Of a stretch of 64,000 nt of DNA, positions 38,888 through 49,964 are shown piece by piece. The DNA comes from an uncultured Nitrospiraceae bacterium. GTDB taxonomy: Bacteria > Nitrospirota > Nitrospiria > Nitrospirales > Nitrospiraceae. The position numbers and the translations under genes were made by a program. Below the pieces are notes generated by a model, which saw only the letters and a list, made by a program, of their open reading frames with translations, made no database searches and had not been told where the DNA came from. The stretch is from contig CAVPLT010000006.1 in NCBI GenBank assembly GCA_963706325.1, positions 96,001 to 160,000 on the forward strand. The letters run 5' to 3'. Numbering within the stretch: position 1 is the first letter of the stretch; the number at the start of each line of letters is the position of its first letter.

Positions 38888-40072
38888 GTGAAGAAAGCGA
38901 TTCTAGCACTCGCCGATGGAACATGGTTCGAGGGGCGGGCCTTGGGAGCGGAAGGCGAGACCGGCGGCGAAGTCGTGTTCAACACGGCCATGACCGGATA
39001 TCAGGAAGTCCTGACCGATCCTTCCTATCGGGGACAGATCGTAACCATGACCTCTCCGCACATCGGAAACTATGGCGTGAACCCCGAAGACATCGAATCA
39101 GGTCGCATCTGGGCGGAAGGATTTGTGGTTAAGGAATCCAGCCGGGCGGCGAGCAATTGGCGCAGTAGGGGGACGCTGCAAGAATATTTGCAGACGGCCA
39201 ACATTGTCGCAATCGAAGGAATCGATACCCGAGCGCTCACTACGCACCTGCGAGAAAAAGGCGCGCAATCGGGCGTGATCTCGCACATAGAGATGGATCC
39301 TCACCGTGTAGCGGAAAAGGCTCGGCAAATGCCAAGCATCATTGGTCGAGATCTAGCCGCTACTGTAACGTGCGAACGGCGCTATTCCTGGACCACCGGA
39401 ACCGGTGACTGGGCACCCAAGCTAGAGATGGTTACCGCCGCGACCCAGTCCACACCGCGGTCTACCTGGCGCGTCGTGGCCTACGATTTTGGAATCAAAC
39501 AGAATATTTTGCGGCGACTGGTGGATGTCGGGTGTGACGTAACCGTCGTGCCAGCCTCCACCCCCGCCAAGGATGTCTTGGCCCTCAACCCCCATGGGGT
39601 GTTCCTTTCAAACGGTCCCGGCGATCCGGAAGCCGTGCGCTACGGCATGACCGCCCTTCGAGAGTTAATCGGCCGTTTACCGATTTTCGGCATTTGCCTG
39701 GGGCATCAGTTGCTCGGCCTGGCATTAGGCTTCTCCACCTATAAATTGAAGTTCGGTCATCATGGCGCGAATCACCCAGTCATAGATCTTCGAACGGGAA
39801 AAGTTGAAATCACCTCTCAGAACCATAACTTCGGCGTGCAGTTTCCGACCGATCGGTCACAGGGTGGACAGGAACTATCGATCGCAGACACGCCGTTCGG
39901 TCGGGTGCAGTTGACTCATGTCAGCCTCAATGATGGATCCGTCGAAGGAATGGTGTGTCTGGACCGCCCGGTTTTTTCCGTGCAATATCACCCGGAAGCG
40001 TCGCCGGGCCCTCACGATTCCGCCTATCTCTTTCAGCAATTTGTCGACTTAATGGAGAGACACCATGCTTAG
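38888..40072 (+). CDS. carA: Carbamoyl-phosphate synthase small subunit
   Basis: [22 protein letters not shown] and QYHPE motifs. Confidence 0.97.
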   Translation: MKKAILALADGTWFEGRALGAEGETGGEVVFNTAMTGYQEVLTDPSYRGQIVTMTSPHIGNYGVNPEDIESGRIWAEGFVVKESSRAASNWRSRGTLQEYLQTANIVAIEGIDTRALTTHLREKGAQSGVISHIEMDPHRVAEKARQMPSIIGRDLAATVTCERRYSWTTGTGDWAPKLEMVTAATQSTPRSTWRVVAYDFGIKQNILRRLVDVGCDVTVVPASTPAKDVLALNPHGVFLSNGPGDPEAVRYGMTALRELIGRLPIFGICLGHQLLGLALGFSTYKLKFGHHGANHPVIDLRTGKVEITSQNHNFGVQFPTDRSQGGQELSIADTPFGRVQLTHVSLNDGSVEGMVCLDRPVFSVQYHPEASPGPHDSAYLFQQFVDLMERHHA

Positions 40073-41033
40073 CCTTTGGCACCTTTGGAGCGGTATCGCT
40101 GTATTGGCCCTCGCCCTGATGCAGGCAGCCTGTGTAACAATTAACCTGCCGCCGGGACCAGGCACTCTTGAAGAACATAAGGTCAGTGGAACCGGCAAGG
40201 ACAAGGTCCTGCTGATGGATATTTCCGGTGTGATCAGTTCGGACAACAAGGACGGCTTTTATACCACGCCGGGAATGCTGGCGACCGTCAAAGAGGAATT
40301 GGAGCGCGCGGGAAAGGATGAGCGAGTCAAGGCGATTGTACTCCGAATCAACAGTCCGGGCGGCACCGTTACCGCATCCGACATCATTTACCACGAACTG
40401 AAAACATTCAAGACGACCCGAAAGATTCCGGTGGTCGCCGCCATCATGGATGTCGGTGCCTCAGGCGGCTATTACATCGCGGCTGCAGCCGACGCGGTGC
40501 TGGCTCATCCCTCGTCCGTGACAGGCAGTATCGGCGTCATCATGCTGACCGTCAATGCCAGGGGACTGTTGGAAAAGGTCGGTGTCGAGACCAATGCCGT
40601 GACCTCTGGGCCACGCAAAGACATGGGGTCACCATTCCGAACGATGCTGCCGGAGGAGCGCGCAATTTTCCAAAGTGTGATCGATGGGTTTTATCAGCGC
40701 TTTCTTCAGATCGTGCAGGATGGACGACCCAACTTGTCCGGCGACACGATTAAAAAACTCGCTGATGGCCGCATCTATTCCGGCGAGCAGGCAAAAGCGT
40801 CGGGGTTGATCGACGAGATCGGGTATCTGGAAGACGCTGTGGAACTGGCCAAGAAGAAGGCCGGTTTGACGGACGCGCGTGTCGTCACCTACCGCCGACC
40901 CGGCGAATACCAAAATAACATCTACTCGCGTCTCGTCGCGCCGGCGCCGAGTCTGGCCAATCTGGCGACCATTGACTTATTGTCGATGGTCAGAGGCGGG
41001 TCGCCCCAATTTATGTATCTGTGGATGCCCTGA
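40065..41033 (+). CDS. sppA: Signal peptide peptidase SppA (S49)
   Basis: RINSPGG, ASGGYY, TGSIGV and ADGRIYSG motifs. Confidence 0.92.
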   Translation: MLSLWHLWSGIAVLALALMQAACVTINLPPGPGTLEEHKVSGTGKDKVLLMDISGVISSDNKDGFYTTPGMLATVKEELERAGKDERVKAIVLRINSPGGTVTASDIIYHELKTFKTTRKIPVVAAIMDVGASGGYYIAAAADAVLAHPSSVTGSIGVIMLTVNARGLLEKVGVETNAVTSGPRKDMGSPFRTMLPEERAIFQSVIDGFYQRFLQIVQDGRPNLSGDTIKKLADGRIYSGEQAKASGLIDEIGYLEDAVELAKKKAGLTDARVVTYRRPGEYQNNIYSRLVAPAPSLANLATIDLLSMVRGGSPQFMYLWMP

Positions 41034-41083
41034 GGCAATGCGTTGCATCCTGCGCGCGGTGCTGGTTGAATGGAGGGCAGGCC

Positions 41084-42064
41084 ATGCATCCACCATCGAA
41101 TCATTCCATGGAGACCATTCTCAGCAGCCCGCTCGGTCGGCGGGCCGTCCTCGCGCTGGGGGCGCGCGCGGCCTATGTCCTCACGACTACGTTGGGGCTT
41201 GGAGCGGCCACGGGATTGCTGCAGTCGCTTGCAGGCTGCCAGCGGGCTCCGGGCACGGCCAGAGAACAGTTCATTTATTTTTCGGAAGAGAAAGAAATGG
41301 CGATGGGCCTCTCGGCCTTTCGGGAAGTACTGCGGCAGGCCCCATTGAGCGACAATCCTGAGCTCAATGAAATGGTTCATCGGGTAGGGGATCGTATTGC
41401 CAAGGCGGCGAACAAGCCTGAATATCAGTGGGAGTTCGCCGTGATCCAGGATGATCGTACGATCAATGCATTTGCGCTTCCTGGCGGCAAGGTCGCCGTG
41501 TTTACCGGCATATTAAAAGTGACCAAGAACGAGGATGGGCTTGCGACGGTGATGGGCCACGAGGTCGCGCATGCCCTGCAACGCCATGGAGCGGAACGGA
41601 TGAGTCGCGGCATTCTCGAACAGATCGGACAGCTTGCCGCGCTCGGAGCGGGCGCGGCCACGGGACGTCCCGATGCGGCGATGGCAGCGATGACCGCGTA
41701 TGGCGTCGGCGTGTCGTTGCCGTTCGACCGCCGGCAGGAGTCTGAAGCGGACCAAATCGGGCTTCGCTTAATGGCGCAGGCAGGATATGACCCCCGCGAG
41801 GCTGTCGCTTTTTGGGAACGGATGAGCGGCTGTCCACGGGCAATGATCAACAAGCTGTGCTTTCGCTCGCAGCAAGCGATTCCTGAATTTCTCTCGACCC
41901 ATCCATCCGATGTGACTCGTATCAATCAAATCGAAGCCTGGATCCCGGAGGCGTTAAAGTACTACCACCCGTCGGGAACGACTCCGGCATTCCCCATCGG
42001 TCCCATTCAGCCCTACCGGCCGCCGGTCGGGCCAATGCCTGAGGCGCCCCCGCCGACTGGATAA
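41084..42064 (+). CDS. M48-family zinc metallopeptidase (Oma1-like), probable Tat lipoprotein
   Basis: GRRAVL..LAGC leader; NAFALPGG, HEVAH, ESEAD and LSTHP motifs. Confidence 0.9.
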   Translation: MHPPSNHSMETILSSPLGRRAVLALGARAAYVLTTTLGLGAATGLLQSLAGCQRAPGTAREQFIYFSEEKEMAMGLSAFREVLRQAPLSDNPELNEMVHRVGDRIAKAANKPEYQWEFAVIQDDRTINAFALPGGKVAVFTGILKVTKNEDGLATVMGHEVAHALQRHGAERMSRGILEQIGQLAALGAGAATGRPDAAMAAMTAYGVGVSLPFDRRQESEADQIGLRLMAQAGYDPREAVAFWERMSGCPRAMINKLCFRSQQAIPEFLSTHPSDVTRINQIEAWIPEALKYYHPSGTTPAFPIGPIQPYRPPVGPMPEAPPPTG

Positions 42065-42085
42065 CTTTTTCTCTAGAGGTCAATT

Positions 42086-45000
42086 GTGCCACGACGGACA
42101 GACATCCGCTCCATTCTTTTGATCGGTTCAGGCCCTATCGTCATCGGCCAGGCGTGCGAGTTCGACTACTCGGGCACGCAGGCTTGCAAAGCGCTGAAGG
42201 AAGAGGGCTATCGCGTCATCCTGATCAACAGCAATCCCGCCACAATTATGACCGATCCGGATTTTGCAGACCGTACCTACATCGAACCGATCACGCTGGA
42301 TGTCGTCGAAAAAGTGATCGAGTGCGAGCGCCCGGATGCGCTCTTGCCGACCATGGGCGGACAAACGGCCTTGAATACGGCGATCGGCTTGGCCAAACGG
42401 GGCGTGCTGGAGAAGTACGGTGTCACACTGATCGGCGCATCGATCGACGCCATCCACAAGGCTGAAGATCGTGATGCCTTTCGGCAGGCCATGTGGAAAA
42501 TTGGCCTGCGGGTACCCGACAGTGGCGTAGCGACTTCTCTGCTGGAAGCCGAGGAACAAGTCAAACGAGTTCAGTTTCCGGCGATCGTCCGGCCGTCGTT
42601 TACCATGGGTGGGACCGGCGGTAACATCGCGTACAACATTGAGGAATTTCGCACGCAGGTGGAATGGGGACTATCCATGAGCCCGGTCCGCCAAGTGCTG
42701 ATCGAGCAGTCGGTCATCGGCTGGAAAGAGTTCGAGCTCGAAGTCATGCGCGACCTGAACGACAACGTGGTCATCATCTGCCCGATTGAGAATTTGGATC
42801 CGATGGGGGTCCACACCGGCGACAGCATTACCGTGGCGCCGGCGCTCACGTTGACCGACAAAGAGTATCAGATGATGCGAGACGCGGCTGTGCGTATCAT
42901 CCGCGAAATCGGCGTCGATACAGGCGGGGCCAACATTCAGTTCGGCATGAATCCCGTCAATGGCGAGATGGTCGTGATTGAAATGAATCCGCGAGTGTCT
43001 CGAAGTTCGGCCCTCGCGTCGAAAGCCACGGGGTTCCCTATCGCAAAAATTGCGGCTAAGTTGGCCGTCGGTTATACGCTCGACGAAATCACCAACGACA
43101 TTACCGGGGTCACGAAAGCCTCATTCGAGCCGACCATCGATTATGTCGTCGTCAAGATTCCTCGCTTCGCCTTTCAGAAATTTCCCGGCGCCGACCCCAC
43201 GCTGACCACACAAATGAAATCCGTCGGCGAAGTGATGGCGATTGGACGGACGTTCAAGGAATCGCTCCAGAAGGCGATCCGTTCCATGGAAGTCGATCAA
43301 TTCGGGTTCAGCTCAAAGATGGGCCTCGACCTAGGAATACCTCCCGGTCTGATTCGGGAAGAAGCGATCGAACAGGTTCGGAAAGCCGTGCGTACACCGC
43401 TTCCGGACCGGCTCTGGCGACTCGCCGACGGCATGCGCCTCGGGATGACCAACCAGGAACTCTTTGCCCTGACGAAAATCGACCCTTGGTTCCTGGAGCA
43501 GATCCGTGAACTCATGGATTTTGAGCAACGGATCGTCGCAGAACGAGGGAAGATGGGCCCCTCTGGGCTTCACGCGGAGCTTTTGCTGGAGGCGAAAGCC
43601 CTAGGATTTTCAGATGCGCGCCTGGCGCAGCTCCTGGGCGTGGAGCAAGATCACGTCCGCAGGTGGAGATTGGCGCTGAGCCAGGGACCTCACCCTCGCG
43701 GCGTCACCTATAAACGGGTTGACACCTGCGCGGCGGAGTTTGAAGCCCATACGCCCTATCTCTACTCGACGTATGAGCGAGAGTGCGAGGCCCGGCCCAC
43801 GAATGGGAAAAAAGTTGTCATTCTCGGCGGGGGTCCGAACCGGATCGGGCAGGGGATCGAATTCGACTACTGTTGTGTGCACGCCGCCATGGCGTTGCGT
43901 GAAGAACAGATCGAAACGATCATGGTCAATTGCAATCCCGAGACGGTCAGTACGGATTACGACACCTCCGACCGTCTTTACTTCGAGCCGCTGACGGAAG
44001 AAGACGTGCTCAACATCGTGCAGCGGGAGCAGCCCATGGGCGTGGTACTGCAATTCGGAGGACAGACCCCGTTAAAGTTGGCGCTCTCCTTGTCTCGAGC
44101 CGGCGTGACGATTCTCGGCACCAGTCCGGATGCGATCGACCGCGCAGAAGATCGAGCCCGTTTCCGCGAACTGCTCGATAAGCTCGGTTTGCGCCAGGCG
44201 GAAAGCGGCATGGCTCGTTCTCCGGAAGAAGCGGTGCGTATCGCCGCCGACATTACCTATCCGGTCATGGTGCGGCCGTCGTATGTCCTCGGCGGACGGT
44301 CCATGCAAATCGTGTATGATGAAACCGGGCTGCTCGCCTACATGAACACCGCCCTCAAACCCACGGACAAACATCCCCTTCTCATCGATAGATATTTGCG
44401 CGATGCGATTGAAATCGATGCCGACGCCATCTCGGACGGTACCACCGTGGTGGTGGCCGGAATCATGGAGCACATCGAAGAAGCGGGTGTCCACTCCGGC
44501 GATTCGGCTTGCTCGCTTCCTCCCTACACGCTGGATGCAGCAACCATCGAAGAGATTCGGCGCCAAATGACCGCATTGGCGCTGGAACTCGGCGTCATTG
44601 GCCTCATGAATGCCCAATTTGCCGTGCAGGATCGGACCATCTACGTCCTGGAGGTCAACCCACGCGGGTCGCGAACCGTTCCGTTCGTCAGCAAAGCGAT
44701 CGGGGTCCCCCTCGCAAAGCTGGCGATGAAGGTGATGGTGGGAAAAACGCTTCAACAATTGAATTTCACCACGGCTCCTGCGCCGGGACACCTTTCGGTC
44801 AAAGAAGCGGTCTTCCCCTTCACGAAATTCGCCGGGGTAGATGTGCTATTGGGCCCTGAGATGAAATCGACCGGAGAGGTGATGGGGATCGACAGCGATT
44901 TCGGATGGGCCTTCGTCAAGGCCCAGGCCGGGGCCGGCGCCATTCTGCCGACCTCCGGCACTGCCTTTATCAGCGTCAAAAGTGAAGACCGCGCAGGAGC

Positions 45001-45355
45001 CTACGATGTCGCTCGGCGGCTCGTGGCGCTGGGGTTCCGTATCACCGCGACATCCGGCACGGCGGTCCATCTGAGTGAGCTGGGGATGTGCGTGGACATT
45101 GTGAATAAGGTGCAGGAAGGACGTCCGCACATCGTCGATCATATCAAGAATGGCGAGATCGCCTTGGTCGTCAATACTGTGCGAACTGCCTCGGCTCAGA
45201 CCGACTCGCTGTCCATACGCCGTGAGGCCTTACATAAAGGTGTCCCCTATTACACCACCATGCGAGGGGCTCTGGCCGCAGTGATGGGAATTGAAGCCTT
45301 GCTGAAAAAGGGACTTGCCATTCGAGCCTTGCAGGAGTATCACCGACGGAACTGA
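42086..45355 (+). CDS. carB: Carbamoyl-phosphate synthase large subunit
   Basis: [17 protein letters not shown], duplicated ATP-grasp domains and C-terminal MGS domain. Confidence 0.98.
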   Translation: MPRRTDIRSILLIGSGPIVIGQACEFDYSGTQACKALKEEGYRVILINSNPATIMTDPDFADRTYIEPITLDVVEKVIECERPDALLPTMGGQTALNTAIGLAKRGVLEKYGVTLIGASIDAIHKAEDRDAFRQAMWKIGLRVPDSGVATSLLEAEEQVKRVQFPAIVRPSFTMGGTGGNIAYNIEEFRTQVEWGLSMSPVRQVLIEQSVIGWKEFELEVMRDLNDNVVIICPIENLDPMGVHTGDSITVAPALTLTDKEYQMMRDAAVRIIREIGVDTGGANIQFGMNPVNGEMVVIEMNPRVSRSSALASKATGFPIAKIAAKLAVGYTLDEITNDITGVTKASFEPTIDYVVVKIPRFAFQKFPGADPTLTTQMKSVGEVMAIGRTFKESLQKAIRSMEVDQFGFSSKMGLDLGIPPGLIREEAIEQVRKAVRTPLPDRLWRLADGMRLGMTNQELFALTKIDPWFLEQIRELMDFEQRIVAERGKMGPSGLHAELLLEAKALGFSDARLAQLLGVEQDHVRRWRLALSQGPHPRGVTYKRVDTCAAEFEAHTPYLYSTYERECEARPTNGKKVVILGGGPNRIGQGIEFDYCCVHAAMALREEQIETIMVNCNPETVSTDYDTSDRLYFEPLTEEDVLNIVQREQPMGVVLQFGGQTPLKLALSLSRAGVTILGTSPDAIDRAEDRARFRELLDKLGLRQAESGMARSPEEAVRIAADITYPVMVRPSYVLGGRSMQIVYDETGLLAYMNTALKPTDKHPLLIDRYLRDAIEIDADAISDGTTVVVAGIMEHIEEAGVHSGDSACSLPPYTLDAATIEEIRRQMTALALELGVIGLMNAQFAVQDRTIYVLEVNPRGSRTVPFVSKAIGVPLAKLAMKVMVGKTLQQLNFTTAPAPGHLSVKEAVFPFTKFAGVDVLLGPEMKSTGEVMGIDSDFGWAFVKAQAGAGAILPTSGTAFISVKSEDRAGAYDVARRLVALGFRITATSGTAVHLSELGMCVDIVNKVQEGRPHIVDHIKNGEIALVVNTVRTASAQTDSLSIRREALHKGVPYYTTMRGALAAVMGIEALLKKGLAIRALQEYHRRN

Positions 45356-45446
45356 GCGACGGTGACTAGTGAGCCCAGAGCGTCCGTCGAACAGCTAGTG
45401 CGCACAATGGTGGACACCAAGTTCCATGGTCATCTTGGGGGGAGGC

Positions 45447-45923
45447 ATGCCGACACCGATCACGCGAAAAGGGTATGAAGCGTTGAAAGCCGAGTTGGAT
45501 CGATTGCATAAGGTCGAGCGTCCACGGGTCATTGAGGCCATTGCCGAAGCCCGTGCGCACGGCGATCTGAGTGAGAATGCCGAATACGATGCAGCCAAAG
45601 AACGCCAAGGCTTCATTGAAGCGAGACTGGGAGAGTTGAAAGGCAAGCTGGCCGACGCCCGCATCATCGACATCGCGGGACGGGTCAGCGAGACCGTGGT
45701 CTTTGGCGCCACCGTGGTGCTGATTGAGCAGGAAGCGCAGGAGAAAAAACAATATACTCTGGTCGGACAGGACGAGGCCGATCTGAAACTCTCCCGCATC
45801 TCCGTCCAATCGCCGGTTGGCCGTGCACTTATCGGCAAGCGAGTGGGCGACATGGTCGCGGTGACGACACCCGCCAAAGTCGTCGAGTATGAACTGATTG
45901 AAATTCGCTTCGAAGAACTGTAG
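45447..45923 (+). CDS. greA: Transcription elongation factor GreA
   Basis: [13 protein letters not shown] and [13 protein letters not shown] motifs; GGAGG RBS. Confidence 0.97.
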   Translation: MPTPITRKGYEALKAELDRLHKVERPRVIEAIAEARAHGDLSENAEYDAAKERQGFIEARLGELKGKLADARIIDIAGRVSETVVFGATVVLIEQEAQEKKQYTLVGQDEADLKLSRISVQSPVGRALIGKRVGDMVAVTTPAKVVEYELIEIRFEEL

Positions 45924-45964
45924 ATGCCGATGTTCCCTGCCTATATCTGTGTCCTCACATCCCC

Positions 45965-46765
45965 ATGCCATTAGCCATTCCCCTTATCACGTTGCTGACG
46001 GATTTCGGCGAACGCGACTATTTCGTGGCGAGCATGAAAGGCGTCATCCTCAATATCAATCCGCAGGCCCAAATCGTAGACCTGTCTCACCATGTTACGG
46101 CGCATGATGTGGCGGACGCCGCATACTTGCTGAAATCCTCTTATCGATATTTTCCTGACGGCACCATTCATGTAGCCGTCGTTGACCCCGGTGTGGGCAG
46201 CCAAAGACGACCGTTACTCGTCAGCTCAACCCGCTATTTATTCATCGGGCCGGACAATGGCCTCTTCACCCATGTGTGCCAAGAGGAGAGCGGCATCGAG
46301 GTGCGTCAGATCGAAAACCGCCAGTATCGATTGGATTCCGACGGGGCGACGTTTGAGGGCCGCGACCTCTTTGCTCCGGCGGCAGCCTGGTTGAGCAAAG
46401 GCCAACCCATTGGCTCCTTTGGCCGGCTCGTGCCGAATTATGAGCGTTTGTCGATTCCCGATCCCGCATGGGACAAGCATGTGATGGCGGGACAGATTGT
46501 GTACATCGATCGCTTCGGCAACCTTATTTCCAATCTTACCGCGTACCACGTCAAGGAAGTCCGCGGACTCGCCAAACGCTCCGAGCCGTACGTTCGTATC
46601 GGCGGACTCACCATCGAAGGCTTGGTGCGAACCTACAACGAGGGCGCACCCGACCAGCCTCAGGCACTGATTAATAGCAATGGCTATGTCGAAGTGTTCC
46701 TGAAAGAAGGTCGCGCCGTTGAACGCTTGATGGCCGCTCGCGGAACGCGCGTTGAACTCTGTTAG
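45965..46765 (+). CDS. DUF62 SAM hydroxide adenosyltransferase / SAM-dependent halogenase family protein (TFEGRD variant)
   Basis: LLTDFG, VVDPGVGSQRR, GPDNG, TFEGRD and IDRFGN motifs. Confidence 0.9.
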   Translation: MPLAIPLITLLTDFGERDYFVASMKGVILNINPQAQIVDLSHHVTAHDVADAAYLLKSSYRYFPDGTIHVAVVDPGVGSQRRPLLVSSTRYLFIGPDNGLFTHVCQEESGIEVRQIENRQYRLDSDGATFEGRDLFAPAAAWLSKGQPIGSFGRLVPNYERLSIPDPAWDKHVMAGQIVYIDRFGNLISNLTAYHVKEVRGLAKRSEPYVRIGGLTIEGLVRTYNEGAPDQPQALINSNGYVEVFLKEGRAVERLMAARGTRVELC

Positions 46766-46915
46766 TTGGGCGCTGGCTTCACATGGGTGAGCGACCAGCA
46801 GACATTCATAAACCAAGTGCACCCACCGCGATTGACAGGCCGAAGATGTCGATGTTTTAATGACATTGGTATCGAATCGAATCGTGCAGGACGAACCATC
46901 TTTCCGTTCCGGAAC

Positions 46916-47260
46916 ATGTTAATTTCCCGACAGCGCCACACACAAATCTTACAGGCCACAGTTTTTTTGGCTGCCCTTCTGTTGTGTTTCCTGCCCTCCC
47001 TTGAAGAGATCACCTTCGGTCAGGACCTGTCTCCCGTAGCGCTTCCCGCGGATATGTTCGCGGACGAGGAAGAACGTGACTCTGGCGACCCTCTCCACCA
47101 CTCTGTTTCATCTCACAATGAAGTACTATTCCAGCAACTGATGTCGTCGCTTCAACGGGTTGCTCTTACTAGCCCTAGCAGAGAGAGCACCGCCGCACAG
47201 GGTCATTCCCGCGTCACACTGTATCGCCTCACCCCGAGGCCTCCGCCTTCTGCACGATAA
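46916..47260 (+). CDS. Small hypothetical protein with an N-terminal TM/signal and C-terminal RPPP
   Basis: 114 aa; hydrophobic N-terminus, His-containing middle, ends RLTPRPPPSAR. TTGACA-based promoter-like site near 46832. Confidence 0.55.
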   Translation: MLISRQRHTQILQATVFLAALLLCFLPSLEEITFGQDLSPVALPADMFADEEERDSGDPLHHSVSSHNEVLFQQLMSSLQRVALTSPSRESTAAQGHSRVTLYRLTPRPPPSAR

Positions 47261-47386
47261 CGCCACCTACAGAGGGGTGAACCATAGGAGCCAGACTGCT
47301 GCGAGGAGCCTGAAACCAGCGGCCTCTCTGCAGGCTTCACTTTCGATGCTTAAAGACCGATACGAAACGAGAGGGAATCGAGTGCC

Positions 47387-48538
47387 ATGAAACAACCCCT
47401 GCGCCGGCTGCCGGCCATCATCCTGGGCCTAGGCTTCGCTCTTGGAGCCTGTACACGCCCCGATCCCCCCGCGCCGATCAAAACCGTTCCAGCCCCGGTG
47501 GCTGCGAACCGCTCTGCAGAAATCGAAACGATGCTCATCGAAGCGCCCCCCTCCCTTCCGACATTGGTCCTATCGGCACGGATCACCTATGCCGAGAACG
47601 GGTACTCCAAGATTTCTTCTCCCCTCCAAGGTCCGGTACTGGATGTCCGTGTCAAGCTCGGCCAGGCGGTCAAGGCCGGTGATGTCTTGATGGTGATCGA
47701 TGCGGCCGATATCGCTCGAGCCTATGCCGCCTACGTCGAGGAGATTTCTGAGTTAGGTCTTGCCGAACGCAACTACGAGCTGACAAAGGATTTGTACGAT
47801 GCGCAAGCCATGTCCCGCAAAGATCTCGAGCATGCGGAAAATGATCTGAATCGTGAACGGGCCGAATTCAAACAGGCGAAAGGCCAGCTGCTGTCACTCC
47901 GCGTACCGGCTGCCGAGCTCAGCAAACCACTGGCACAACAACAGATTACCTCGCGATTTGAACTGCGAAGTCCCTTGACGGGAACGGTGGTCGAACGCAC
48001 CGTGACGCCAGGACAAATCGTCGGGCCTGCCACGGATACTCCGTTGTTTACCGTGGCCAATCTCGAACGACTCCAAGTCGTCGCGGACGTGTACGAACAC
48101 GACCTGTCAGGCATCCAGATCGGAGCGGTTGCGACGATGACGGTGGAAGCCTATCCGGGAGTTGAATTTCCAGCGACCATTGCGGTAATTGGCGATGTGG
48201 TCGATCCGGCGACGCGCACAATCAAAATTCGCGCCTCCGTTGCCAATTCAGACCGGCGTCTCAAGCCGGAAATGTTTGCCCGATTGACCCTTGCAGGTCA
48301 CCGCATGCCGCAGAAGATTGTCATCCCCAAACAGGCGGTCATCGAACGATCCGGCAGACATTGGATCGTGGTGCAGCTTCAGAAGGGACGTTTTGAGGAG
48401 CGTCTGGTGACTATCGACGGCATGGCGGGCAATCACGTGACGATTCGAGAGGGTCTCACCACCGGAGAACGAATCATTCTCACACCTGGAATGCTTAACC
48501 GGATCGCAGCTGGCGAACCGTCAGCCGGTGGAGCGTAA
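47387..48538 (+). CDS. RND efflux periplasmic adaptor (CzcB/CusB-like) lipoprotein
   Basis: LGAC lipobox; VKLGQAVKAGD, LRSPLTG, VDPATRT and LKPEMF motifs. Confidence 0.9.
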   Translation: MKQPLRRLPAIILGLGFALGACTRPDPPAPIKTVPAPVAANRSAEIETMLIEAPPSLPTLVLSARITYAENGYSKISSPLQGPVLDVRVKLGQAVKAGDVLMVIDAADIARAYAAYVEEISELGLAERNYELTKDLYDAQAMSRKDLEHAENDLNRERAEFKQAKGQLLSLRVPAAELSKPLAQQQITSRFELRSPLTGTVVERTVTPGQIVGPATDTPLFTVANLERLQVVADVYEHDLSGIQIGAVATMTVEAYPGVEFPATIAVIGDVVDPATRTIKIRASVANSDRRLKPEMFARLTLAGHRMPQKIVIPKQAVIERSGRHWIVVQLQKGRFEERLVTIDGMAGNHVTIREGLTTGERIILTPGMLNRIAAGEPSAGGA

Positions 48539-48562
48539 ACGCAACCGGCAACCGCTTCCAGG

Positions 48563-49789
48563 CTACAACGCCGCCACCAGAATCCGCACCAATCCGGAGA
48601 GATCTTCGCTGTCTAACCCGGCCACCGCGCGATTGGTGGTGTTGGTATAGGCGGCCTCCAGCGAAATCGTGGTCGGATGCTTGTAGATGGGATCCAAGTG
48701 AACCGCAAACATCCCCCGGCCCACGATACTTTCAGTTTCAATCAATCCGTCGGTGGACGTTGTGCTGGTATACCCTCCTGTTGCGCTCACTAACAATCGC
48801 TGGCTTTGTTTGTACAGCAACGAGACCGACGCCATCGGTGTCTGAATCTTTGCACCGGACCAACTCTGGTTTTCCGTCCGATAACTCACCGTTGGGGCGA
48901 TCGTCAGGGTATTGATGGGACGAAACGCGGCAGTCAATACCTGAGCCAGCGCCGTCGCTTCGGCTCCGCCCCTCGTGATATCGTTCGTCAGGATAAGGCT
49001 CGACGAGAGGCGTGCGTTCCACGTCAGCCCGGCATAGGCCAACGCTGCCTCCATACTGTTGCTCTGACTCCGCTGTGGAAGGGTTCCCGAGGGGTCGAAG
49101 GTGCTCGCCATGGTGCTGCGAGAATAGGTCAGGCTGAGTTCAGGCCAATCGGGCTTGACCAGCGCGAGCCCGATACGATTGAAGCTTTGTTCAATGCGCG
49201 AACGGGCAGGATCGAGATCCACATTGTTCCAGGTTTGGCCGGACGAACTTCGAAGCTTGGCGATACCAACTCCCCACTCGCCCCACATCTCACGCACCGT
49301 TTGATCCGGGGAATTAAAAAAGGCTTTTCCCGCCGACCGATATTTGATGCCATAGCGAAATGGCCCGTTATTCCCCGTCAACGCCATTCGCACCATGCGC
49401 CTGGACCCGTCGTCACGTTGGTCGATGCGTGAAGACATGCCCGCATCATTCGTCGCATTGTTGGCGACTTCTCCTTCGGCTGTCAGCTGTCCTTTAAGCC
49501 AACTGGAGGCCGCACCGACACCCTTTGTCTGGGGCCGATCCGAATCAGGGACAAGGTCTTTCAGGCGCGTCGAGGTCGATGGGGGAGCGAAGGACGTCGC
49601 TTGAAAAGATGTATGCAGAACCGGAGTCGCGATTGAAAAGGGGATGGCCGAGGGGCCGGATTCGCGAGCCTGGTCGGTAAACTGAATGCGTTGGAGGAGG
49701 AGGTCAGCTTGTTGCGCGTCTTCCGCCTGGGCCGCGAGCGGGGCGACAAGGATCGCAAGCAAGATCCAATTCACTCGACGGTACGTCAT
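48563..49789 (-). CDS. Hypothetical exported protein, probable outer-membrane beta-barrel
   Basis: Signal peptide ending AQA; alternating beta-strand pattern in the C-terminal two-thirds. Confidence 0.65.
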   Translation of the reverse strand: MTYRRVNWILLAILVAPLAAQAEDAQQADLLLQRIQFTDQARESGPSAIPFSIATPVLHTSFQATSFAPPSTSTRLKDLVPDSDRPQTKGVGAASSWLKGQLTAEGEVANNATNDAGMSSRIDQRDDGSRRMVRMALTGNNGPFRYGIKYRSAGKAFFNSPDQTVREMWGEWGVGIAKLRSSSGQTWNNVDLDPARSRIEQSFNRIGLALVKPDWPELSLTYSRSTMASTFDPSGTLPQRSQSNSMEAALAYAGLTWNARLSSSLILTNDITRGGAEATALAQVLTAAFRPINTLTIAPTVSYRTENQSWSGAKIQTPMASVSLLYKQSQRLLVSATGGYTSTTSTDGLIETESIVGRGMFAVHLDPIYKHPTTISLEAAYTNTTNRAVAGLDSEDLSGLVRILVAAL

Positions 49790-49964
49790 GAATCAAAGTC
49801 CGTCGAGATCCTGTCGTCACACAGCATGAAATCAAGTGTAGCACTCGATAATCAACCTCTCGGTCGTTGATGGGCATGCACAAAAAGTGGTTGTGGGGTG
49901 TTCGAACGTGAACGCGGAAGGGAGTCTTTCCTCGAAGCGAAATCAGCAGCATTGACGAGCAGAT

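Noticed and set aside
45965..46765. Calling the DUF62 gene a fluorinase or chlorinase
   Set aside because: It lacks the halogenase-type loop motif and has no biosynthetic context; reported only as a variant.
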